A stretch of DNA of 64,000 nt from a virus: the IMG/VR virus record IMGVR_UViG_3300021373_002787, positions 1 through 64,000 of that record. The stretch is one strand, 5' to 3'. The position numbers and the translations under genes are program-made. Shown here one piece after another: positions 44,322-52,357 of the stretch; the stretch's first letter is position 1; every line of letters begins with the position of its first letter. Under the pieces are notes generated by a model that saw only the letters and a program-made list of their open reading frames with translations, did no database searches and was not told the DNA's origin.

Positions 44322-46271
44322 TTATCCTAGTGAAGATTGTAAAGCTCCTACCATAGAACCATAATCTCCTTTATGTTTTGAAATTAAACCATCGACTATT
44401 TCTTGTGCTTTTTCTTCGTCAAATTTATCTCCAAATGCTTTTTGAAGTACTGCAAAAGCATATTCTTTGAAGTCATCATCTGATTTTACTTCAGCTTCGG
44501 TAACTGCTGATTCTTTAATATCAAATGAATGAACTCCACCACCTGACATAATATCTCTCCACTCAACGTGATTTAACTCTACTTCTGGATATAGTGTCTT
44601 TACTTGATCGATTACATAGTCTGGATTTACTTTAAATCCGTATCTAACCTCTAGTTTTTTCTTATCAAGTTTTGTAACTTTTGGTGGTGTATTACCACTA
44701 TACGCTATGCGAAGTTGATATTGTACATCGCTCTTATTTAGACCTTCGCTTACTTCAACATCCGCTGATTCCATTGGCTCAAACATTTTAACCATCATTT
44801 CAAAGTCTTTCTTAAAATAACTTCTTAGGTAACCTCTAACCGCATCGTCAATTAAACCATCTCTATCTCTTTTGTATTCTGGCCAATCATCCCAGTGCCA
44901 ATCAACTGCATTTTCCGCAGCATCTCTTAGTTTTCTATCAAAAGGTGATGGCATTTTCTTAGGACTACCAGCATCTTTATGGATTTGTTGATTCATGATG
45001 CTTTGATCTGAAGAACCCCATTCGTTGACTACTGATTCTCCTGCAAAGTCTTCTGCATTCTCTTTGTCCTCTTTATCTACTGAAGTTACTTTGTACGTTT
45101 CACCGTCAACCTCAAATTCATCTTCACCGTCTGCGATTGCCTTTGCTCTTGCAGCTCCAAACTCATTTCCTTCAAGAATTCTAGCCTCTAGTACTTCTTT
45201 ACTTTCGAATTGAGCGTGAAAATCAGCGATTAATTTTGCGGCCATTGTTTTCTCTCCAATAGAATCTAGGTATAGTGCAGTTCCTTCAACGATTCCTTGT
45301 CCTCCCCAGCCAGCGGCATTTGAAATTCTAGAAGCTTCATTATATAATGCGACTTTAATTCTATCCGCTGAAACTTTAACTTCAATATTACCAAGTCCGC
45401 TTGGTTTTGTTACGATCGGAGAAAGTGCTCCTTTGATATTTTTAGCAATTGCATTTCCCTCTCTAGAAAAATTAGCGTCCTCCATTGCAGCTTGGAAAAT
45501 AACTTTAACTGCCCCAAGTTGCATATTTTTACCATCTACTAAACTTGTGTACATCTTACCAAATAGGTGATTGTATTGAGTTACTACCTTCTTAGCATCT
45601 CTCTTATATTCGATTGGAAAACTTCCAGTTGCTTCAAAAACAAACTTTTCAAAACGAGTAGTTTCAACTGTTTCAAATGCAGGTTTTAGGTCATTATCTT
45701 CATAAGTATCTGCCATATACCATTTTCCGTCTCTTTCATCATATAGATAGATGAATTCTGCCCATGACTGTTTAGCATCTCCAATAAAGTCTCTAATGTA
45801 GCCTGCGTTTCCTGACATTGTCTCCGTATCGTCGTTATAATAATTAATCTTCTTTGGATCAGCCTCTAAACCAGATCCTGCTCCATTTTGAATAACAACG
45901 TCGATGTTTTTTCTCTTAGATCCTGAGTAACCCTTCTTGATTAGTGGTAACATATTTTCTGGATAACCGTCATAATGCATATAAACAGCTTGAATGTCTC
46001 CCTTTTTATTAATTTTACCAAAGAATGAACGTGTTCCCTCTTCAATTAGAGAAAGTGATTCATTAAGATCAGTACCTTCTAATCTTGAAAAGAACTCTCC
46101 TCTCTTTTCTTCGTCTAGTTCAGATACTTTTGTTACTCCGTATTCTGCCAATAGATCTTTGAAACTGCGTGCAGTTTCTTCTCTAGCCTCTGTTTGTTTT
46201 TGTGCTTCCTCTTCAGCTAATCTTTGTGATCTAGCCTTTGTGAAGTCTTCAAATGAATTTAATCCAGCCAT
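44322..46271 (-). CDS. Large modular putative internal head polyprotein
   Basis: MAGLNSFEDF start; modules separated by LNE/IEE/ILE/VNE/VSE/VTE; includes a TRS...YMHYDGYP domain; late motif at 46309-46316. Confidence 0.7.
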   Translation of the reverse strand: MAGLNSFEDFTKARSQRLAEEEAQKQTEAREETARSFKDLLAEYGVTKVSELDEEKRGEFFSRLEGTDLNESLSLIEEGTRSFFGKINKKGDIQAVYMHYDGYPENMLPLIKKGYSGSKRKNIDVVIQNGAGSGLEADPKKINYYNDDTETMSGNAGYIRDFIGDAKQSWAEFIYLYDERDGKWYMADTYEDNDLKPAFETVETTRFEKFVFEATGSFPIEYKRDAKKVVTQYNHLFGKMYTSLVDGKNMQLGAVKVIFQAAMEDANFSREGNAIAKNIKGALSPIVTKPSGLGNIEVKVSADRIKVALYNEASRISNAAGWGGQGIVEGTALYLDSIGEKTMAAKLIADFHAQFESKEVLEARILEGNEFGAARAKAIADGEDEFEVDGETYKVTSVDKEDKENAEDFAGESVVNEWGSSDQSIMNQQIHKDAGSPKKMPSPFDRKLRDAAENAVDWHWDDWPEYKRDRDGLIDDAVRGYLRSYFKKDFEMMVKMFEPMESADVEVSEGLNKSDVQYQLRIAYSGNTPPKVTKLDKKKLEVRYGFKVNPDYVIDQVKTLYPEVELNHVEWRDIMSGGGVHSFDIKESAVTEAEVKSDDDFKEYAFAVLQKAFGDKFDEEKAQEIVDGLISKHKGDYGSMVGALQSSLG

Positions 46272-46307
46272 TGTATTATTTTATTTTTTGATTATGTCTG
46301 TACTTTT

Positions 46308-47816
46308 TTATATATCTCCGTCAAACTTTACCTTTTTAATGTCATACTGAAACTTCTGCTCCTTGTATATCTTACGCCTAGCTTTCGAGTGTCTCATTAA
46401 ATAGTTGTCCCAGTCTGGTGAGCTAATGTCATCTACAAAGTCAACGATCGTTACACTATCTTTTGACTCATGTTGTCTTAATCCACGACCAATTGATTGT
46501 CGAATTATCACCTCTGATTTAAAAGATTCTGTGAAGAATATATTGTGAATTTTCTTAATTGAAATACCAGTAGAGAAGGTACCATAGCTTGCTACGATAA
46601 CGACCTCTTCTCCGATCTCCATTTTCTTTTTGTATTCTTCGCGAATGTCCTTATCGGTACCGCCGTCAACATAGTAAACGGTCTTGTCGCTATCATTGCG
46701 AAGTTTTTCATATATCTTCTGGCCATGTTCAATCCTGTGGAAAAGTACAAGGGAATTGCCGCGTACTCTGGAAATGATGTTACAAATAAAATTGAGCCTG
46801 CCCTCCGAATTAATGATATAGTTTTGTTCAAATTTGAAAACGTCTTTACTTTCATATTTATTAAATGCCATTTCTCTGAAAGCCTCTTTTGCTTTTTCAG
46901 GTGCATAGTCCATCTCAATAACTTTTACGCGACAGTTTGCAATGTAACCCTCAGTTTGAAGGAAATTTGCGCTTACCTCGGTAATTAGTGGACCAGTATA
47001 GGCCATTAGTGTTAGTCGATCCAGTGTTCCAGACTTTGGTATAGTACCGGAAAGGCCATATCGATAGTCGGCATTTTTACACTTCGATAGGATCGTTTTA
47101 ATTGACTGTGATTTTGCTTTGTGAGTTTCATCAATGATCACAGCATCAAATTGGTCAAAGTATTCAGCTTTCTTCTTAATTAATGATTGATATGTACCGA
47201 TCACTACGTTTCTGCCAGCTCTGATCTTTTGACCACTATAAATTTGCTGAATCTTGATGTTTACCTGGTTTCGATAGTTATAGTCCATAAAGTCCTCACT
47301 TGCTTGAATTACAAGTGAAACGTTTGGTACGATAAACAGGATCTTTTCAGCCTTTTGTTTCTCTAAAATATATGCAACTGTTAGGAATGAGATTAGTGTC
47401 TTACCAGCAGATGTTGCAAGCTCTGAAAGACACTTTCTAAATTTTAATATGTTATATGCAGCGTCGATTTGATAGTCGCGGGGTGTTATCTCTGAATCAT
47501 CAAAGAAATCTAATGCCCATTTTTCAAAAGACTCGGCACTAATGTCCCTATCGAAAAGTTCGGTAATTCCATTAATCTTTAGCTCGTACTTGTATTCCTT
47601 ACAAATGTCAACCACCTCTTTCCAAAGACCAGATGGAATCCATTTATCGTCCTTGACATAGGAAATGTAGCCGTCCCATACCCCCTTTTTGACAAGTGGA
47701 TTGAATCTCCACGAGTCAATTCTTTTGGTAAGTGATATATTCAGCTGCTCGAGTTCTAATGAAGTCGCATCATCGATTCTAAGCAACTGTTTATTTTCAG
47801 TTAAACTGAGCTCCAT
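46308..47816 (-). CDS. uvsW: SF2 DNA helicase
   Basis: PRDYQ, LATSAGKT, IIDETH, GLSGT, ASYGTFSTGISI, QSIGRGLR. Confidence 0.95.
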   Translation of the reverse strand: MELSLTENKQLLRIDDATSLELEQLNISLTKRIDSWRFNPLVKKGVWDGYISYVKDDKWIPSGLWKEVVDICKEYKYELKINGITELFDRDISAESFEKWALDFFDDSEITPRDYQIDAAYNILKFRKCLSELATSAGKTLISFLTVAYILEKQKAEKILFIVPNVSLVIQASEDFMDYNYRNQVNIKIQQIYSGQKIRAGRNVVIGTYQSLIKKKAEYFDQFDAVIIDETHKAKSQSIKTILSKCKNADYRYGLSGTIPKSGTLDRLTLMAYTGPLITEVSANFLQTEGYIANCRVKVIEMDYAPEKAKEAFREMAFNKYESKDVFKFEQNYIINSEGRLNFICNIISRVRGNSLVLFHRIEHGQKIYEKLRNDSDKTVYYVDGGTDKDIREEYKKKMEIGEEVVIVASYGTFSTGISIKKIHNIFFTESFKSEVIIRQSIGRGLRQHESKDSVTIVDFVDDISSPDWDNYLMRHSKARRKIYKEQKFQYDIKKVKFDGDI

Positions 47817-47841
47817 TCATGATAGAGTCTTTTTATTCTCC

Positions 47842-48267
47842 TTACAGGTCTTTAATGGCTAACCTGTTTCGGATGGCAAAGCCCATATTATCTAGGGTTT
47901 TTACCGACTCCTTGAAAAAGTCTAATTGATTTTCAAGGTGTGAGAGTATGGCATTTTCGTCAGCTAGGTCGGCCTCGATGAATCGCTCTTTTTGCTTTTC
48001 ACCAAGTTTGTAGTCATACTCATAGTAACGTAGATATGCTTCTCTATAACGATCTGCTATCTTACGCTTCTGATCTTTAATCTTCACATTGATATATGCG
48101 ATGTGATCGATCATCTTTTGGCGATTGGAGAGAACCATTGCAATAGTGTCCTCCATGCCATTTATGTATCTTAGTGATTTTGCTAGGTCCTGGATCTTTA
48201 AAGTCCATTCTTCTCGCTGTTCACTTAATTTCTTATCCAGTGCTAGGATCTTTTCTCTATTTGACAT
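47842..48267 (-). CDS. uvsY: Recombination mediator (UvsY-like)
   Basis: Helical ~140-aa protein next to uvsW; ends ...FFKESVKTLDNMGFAIRNRL. Confidence 0.7.
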   Translation of the reverse strand: MSNREKILALDKKLSEQREEWTLKIQDLAKSLRYINGMEDTIAMVLSNRQKMIDHIAYINVKIKDQKRKIADRYREAYLRYYEYDYKLGEKQKERFIEADLADENAILSHLENQLDFFKESVKTLDNMGFAIRNRLAIKDL

Positions 48268-48278
48268 CAATATTATTA

Positions 48279-48500
48279 TTAAAACAGTCCCTTGTCCTTG
48301 TTATTCTTTCTTATAAACTCCGATACCCTTAATTTCTTTTTAAACTTCGGCTTCTCAATATCGATCTTTGGAGCATCATGGTCATAATTGGCGGAAGTAA
48401 AGCCAAGCATGGCTTTCATCCCTTTAAACCTGTCTCGGTCCCTGTAAAAATCATCAAGATCCTTGTCTACCATCTCTGTAATTCCTTCTATACGTACCAT
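48279..48500 (-). CDS. Hypothetical protein
   Basis: 73-aa ORF within the operon. Confidence 0.6.
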   Translation of the reverse strand: MVRIEGITEMVDKDLDDFYRDRDRFKGMKAMLGFTSANYDHDAPKIDIEKPKFKKKLRVSEFIRKNNKDKGLF

Positions 48501-49564
48501 AGATCTAATTGACTTGAAGTGAAATAATCATCCAGTTTTTTAATTGCTGGGTTCTTTAGCTCGAAACACTTAATAACCAAATCGTTCAGATCTTTTATAT
48601 CATATGTATCTAATTTATTTTCTTTTAAAAATTTAGACCACATAAATACAGATCTGCCCTTCTTTAATTTTTCAGCCATCTTTTTCTTACCAGTTTTGTC
48701 ATTATCAAACATATAACGAACAGTTGCCATTTGGTCGAACTCTTCAGTGTTACGACCAGCCGTTGCAAGTGCAAGGCTATTAGTCATAAACTTAGAGTCG
48801 ATTGGACCCTCAAAAATCGTAACTGGTCGTTGGAAATTTATTTGCATAATTCCAAACAGAGTCGATAGTTTTGTTATCTTTTCAAGTTCTTCTTGACTGA
48901 CTTCTAATTCCTTACCTAGCTCTTCATATAATTTTGGAAGGTCATATGTTAGGTATCTTTGTCCCTTTCCTTTCATTCTTCGACTTTGTGCCGACATAAT
49001 CTTACCATCTCCAGTAAAATTAAGAATCCAAAGGCGATTGTCTCTTGGGCTAAATAGGAACTCTTCACTCTTTTTATGAAGCAGTCTCTTTTTTAGATAG
49101 AGCCAAATCCAGTCTCCAGGTTCTATTTCTCTCGCAGCAAATCCACGCTTAAACTCTTCAACTGATATTGCTAAGTCACTTACACTTTGAAATACAGAAT
49201 GTGTTAGGGTATCTGCCTGTGATGTTACTGACCTATTGTGTTTGATATAGTCAATAATAGTAAATGAATCCTCTGAACTGGGAAGTCTTACCTCGTTCTC
49301 GCGAAGAAGTGTCTTAAGATCGGTGTGATAACCACAGTTGTAACAATGATATTGGAGGGTGTCCCAGTACATGTTACCCCTCTTCTTTGTATCGTCATTA
49401 TGCGAATCCCCACAATAAGGACACGCCATAGTAATTCTACCAGGCATGTCCTTTAGCATTTGCTTGTTGGGATTTGAATGCGCCGTTAGACATACGTCCT
49501 TCAGCGCTTTCATAATCTTTAATCTAAGCTCTTCAGTAAGCTGTGGATTAGATGTCGAGGTCAT
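48488..49564 (-). CDS. gp61: DNA primase (gp61-like)
   Basis: Zinc finger CPYCGDS...HCYNCG; TOPRIM IFEGPIDS, FDND..G, KDLND. Confidence 0.93.
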   Translation of the reverse strand: MTSTSNPQLTEELRLKIMKALKDVCLTAHSNPNKQMLKDMPGRITMACPYCGDSHNDDTKKRGNMYWDTLQYHCYNCGYHTDLKTLLRENEVRLPSSEDSFTIIDYIKHNRSVTSQADTLTHSVFQSVSDLAISVEEFKRGFAAREIEPGDWIWLYLKKRLLHKKSEEFLFSPRDNRLWILNFTGDGKIMSAQSRRMKGKGQRYLTYDLPKLYEELGKELEVSQEELEKITKLSTLFGIMQINFQRPVTIFEGPIDSKFMTNSLALATAGRNTEEFDQMATVRYMFDNDKTGKKKMAEKLKKGRSVFMWSKFLKENKLDTYDIKDLNDLVIKCFELKNPAIKKLDDYFTSSQLDLWYV

Positions 49565-50456
49565 CTAGGAAAGAGTCTAGATCGTCATCACTTGAAACTT
49601 CAGTGGTTGAAGATTCTGTACCCGCAGTTTCTGCAACTTTTTCTTTCTTAGGAGCAGCTTTCTTAGCCTCTTTTTTAGGAGCTGAAGAAGTTACTTCAGA
49701 AATTGCATCACCTGGATTTAGGTACATCTTCAATACACCATTTACAAAGTCTCTTGTTTCACCGTCCCATGCTTTGTATTCATAAGATGTGAGTGAAGGT
49801 GCGTTTTCTAGCTCTTCTTTGATCGCTGCCATCGATTCCTTTGTGCGTTCTGCTGGAGAACCCGAAACATCGATTGCTGAACGAGATGAAGAGAACTTCG
49901 ACTTGTCATAGTTATTGTATTCACCTTGACGGGTAATGATTAACTCAAAGTTCTTTCCTTCAAATAGATCGAATACTTGAGTTGGTTCGCCAAAGTCTGG
50001 TTTTAGTTCTGCGTCAATCTTCTCTTTGATCTTGTAACCGAACTTGTAAATCATGTAAGTTCCTTCCAAGTCTGGATTTTGTGGATCCTTAATAATCTTG
50101 ATTAGAGAATAGTATTGTTGACGTCTCTTAAGTTTTTCTGATGCTTTACGGTCAACTGCTGAATCAGAGTTGCGAAGCTTCCAGAATACGTCTGCGATTG
50201 GGCATTTTTCACCAATTGAAGATGGTGAGTCAACCAATTTACCGTCACCGTTTGAGTCTGTCAACCAGTGAACGTATTTTTGAACTAGAGAATTACGAGG
50301 ATTCTCAGGGTTTGGAACGAAGCGGATTAGCGCTTTGTAAGTTCCGTCTTTTCCATCGTCAGCTGTTGGTTTGTAAACCTCACTAACGGAGTTTGTTGTG
50401 GGCTGATGCGTTTCTACGTCTTCTACGCCCAAATTAAAAATGTCAAAATCTGCCAT
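49548..50456 (-). CDS. gp32: Single-stranded DNA-binding protein (gp32-like)
   Basis: ALIRFVP, CPI, IIKDPQNPDLEG, FGYKIKEKI, FDLFEGKNF, NYDKSKF, acidic tail DDDLDSFLDDL. Confidence 0.93.
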   Translation of the reverse strand: MADFDIFNLGVEDVETHQPTTNSVSEVYKPTADDGKDGTYKALIRFVPNPENPRNSLVQKYVHWLTDSNGDGKLVDSPSSIGEKCPIADVFWKLRNSDSAVDRKASEKLKRRQQYYSLIKIIKDPQNPDLEGTYMIYKFGYKIKEKIDAELKPDFGEPTQVFDLFEGKNFELIITRQGEYNNYDKSKFSSSRSAIDVSGSPAERTKESMAAIKEELENAPSLTSYEYKAWDGETRDFVNGVLKMYLNPGDAISEVTSSAPKKEAKKAAPKKEKVAETAGTESSTTEVSSDDDLDSFLDDLDI

Positions 50457-50498
50457 GTCTTTAATTTACCTTTAATTTTTGTTAAACTTTAATAGTAC

Positions 50499-50525
50499 TT
50501 ATATTACTTAAAATGACAATGTTTC
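50499..50525 (-). promoter_or_regulatory. Putative middle promoter GAAAC-N17-TATAA (gp32 proximal)
   Basis: Exact spacing. Confidence 0.65.
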
Positions 50526-50648
50526 AAATTCAGCTAAAACATCCTACTAATTCTATGTTACCTACGCGGTCGACGTTACTCCTAATTGAGTCTACTTTGT
50601 GATTAGTAAGAATGAATTAAGACAAAATAAGTTATCCATCATCATAGT

Positions 50649-50675
50649 TTATATATCTCACGTAACATAAGTTTC
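50649..50675 (-). promoter_or_regulatory. Overlapping middle (GAAAC-N17-TATAA) and late (GATATATA) promoters, gp32 distal
   Basis: Both motifs share the TATA core at 50649-50657. Confidence 0.6.
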
Positions 50676-50763
50676 AATGTTGCTTGAAAACTTTTTTACT
50701 TATTTTTGAAACAAAATAGAGATGCTTGCATAAAACCTTTAAGTTCTTGAAGGAGAGATAAGG

Positions 50764-51417
50764 TTACTTGGACTGCGGAAGGGAAATCATGGCTGCGAGG
50801 AAAAAAGCGTCTACCAAATCATCAATAGGCTTAGGAATCTTTTTCCCAAAGTCCTGACTCTTGATCCACTCATAAAAAGGACTCTTCTCTAGATTTTCGT
50901 CCCCTATCCCATTATTAAAAAAGACCTCAAAGAGCTGACTCTTGTTCATGTTACCTTTCCCAGCGAATTTCTTAATCGTAGTAGGCGCGACTGTCATTAG
51001 GTCTTCTGGCATGAGAGTCTTTAAAAGTTTTAGCTTAAGGATAGCGGCACCAGCCGCCATATCGATCATATTATTAGTGCCCATCTTAGATCCATAGCTG
51101 GTCCCCTCAAAGGCAATTGTAAATCCATCACCTTTAAAACTTTCCTGTAAAACTAAATTGATAATGTCATCAGCCATTCGATCATATCTCTTGATCTTTG
51201 CTAATTCAACACTTGAGAATTCCTCCTCTTTACTAAAATCAGGTTGGCTAACAAGAGTCACGTCTTTTAATAGACTCATCTCTTCTTGAAGTTTTTGATC
51301 CTTCTTTGTACCGGTACCCGGCTTCATATATGAAATGAAGTGGTACTTTTTACTCTTATCATTATAGAGACAAACTCCTGGAGAATTTAAAGAAAAGTCA
51401 ACTGCTAGGTAATTCAT
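50764..51417 (-). CDS. RuvC-like Holliday junction resolvase
   Basis: LAVDFSLNSPG, FEGTSYG, VAPTTIKKFAG.GN..K, DDLVDAF. Confidence 0.8.
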   Translation of the reverse strand: MNYLAVDFSLNSPGVCLYNDKSKKYHFISYMKPGTGTKKDQKLQEEMSLLKDVTLVSQPDFSKEEEFSSVELAKIKRYDRMADDIINLVLQESFKGDGFTIAFEGTSYGSKMGTNNMIDMAAGAAILKLKLLKTLMPEDLMTVAPTTIKKFAGKGNMNKSQLFEVFFNNGIGDENLEKSPFYEWIKSQDFGKKIPKPIDDLVDAFFLAAMISLPQSK

Positions 51418-51798
51418 TTAGATTCTTTTACCAAGTGCAGATCCCAATGCGGCACCTACTAACCTTGAAGTTAATAAATCATATAGAATTCCCTTTTGAA
51501 TCCCAAGAACTTTAGCGACCATCTTACCTACTGTTTTACCAAGTGCAAATCCAGCTAAACCACCAAAAATAGAACCTAACATACCTTCATTAGTTACCTC
51601 TTCATTAAATCTATTAATGTCTAGTTCTCCATTCTCGTTTGAGTATTCTATTATAAATTCTTCTAGAGCTGCATCTACCTTAGCCTCTAACTCGTCGGTC
51701 CATTCCTCTTGTAAACCTTCTGTCAAGATTCTCAAATCTTCTTCTGTAACATGCTGTTCAGTAAGGTACTCGTTAAATGTTTTAATTGTATTGCTCAT
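51418..51798 (-). CDS. Capsid-targeting-motif protein with glycine-zipper C-terminus
   Basis: IKTFNEYLTE; after VTNE a hydrophobic GMLGSIFGGLAGFALG...LVGAALGSALG. Confidence 0.65.
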   Translation of the reverse strand: MSNTIKTFNEYLTEQHVTEEDLRILTEGLQEEWTDELEAKVDAALEEFIIEYSNENGELDINRFNEEVTNEGMLGSIFGGLAGFALGKTVGKMVAKVLGIQKGILYDLLTSRLVGAALGSALGKRI

Positions 51799-51805
51799 AA
51801 TTTAG

Positions 51806-52357
51806 TTATTGTATTTCTAACTCTATATTTATCTTATTATAAAAGAACGTTACTTCAAACGTACTAAAATCTGCGACATTCTCACTCATGTTAAGGTTTA
51901 ACTCATTGATCGAGTTCATGATTGGGTTCTCAAACTTAAAATATGCAACACTTGCGCCTTCAGCATCTAAAACCCTTAGAGTCAAGTCCTGTGTATATGG
52001 CTCTTCAGTTGATCTTGCGTAATAATACAAGAGAGTGTCTTGCATAATCCAATAATTAATGAAGCCATCGAGAAGTTGCATCGTTACGGTAAACTGTCTC
52101 TCTACCGTGTTTTGGATTGGAATAGCACCTCTATGGTATCTAATCGTACCATCACTATCTTGTTGGGTTACAGGGTCGAAACTCATTCCAGGTACATTTA
52201 GTCCTTGGATTGAATAATTTATAAAGTCAATCGGTTCTGCAAGAAGATTACCTGGAATTTTTTCCAAATATTTCTTATACTTGTTTGCAACCTCTTCCGG
52301 AATAAACTTTCTTGGAAACCTAAAGTCGTATGTATTATTTCTACTATTTAAAATCAT
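51806..52357 (-). CDS. Tail tube terminator / tube-fold protein (gp3/gp19 family)
   Basis: SIQGLNVPGMS...FTVTMQLLDGFINY...DLTLRVLD...FEVTFFY pattern. Confidence 0.65.
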   Translation of the reverse strand: MILNSRNNTYDFRFPRKFIPEEVANKYKKYLEKIPGNLLAEPIDFINYSIQGLNVPGMSFDPVTQQDSDGTIRYHRGAIPIQNTVERQFTVTMQLLDGFINYWIMQDTLLYYYARSTEEPYTQDLTLRVLDAEGASVAYFKFENPIMNSINELNLNMSENVADFSTFEVTFFYNKINIELEIQ

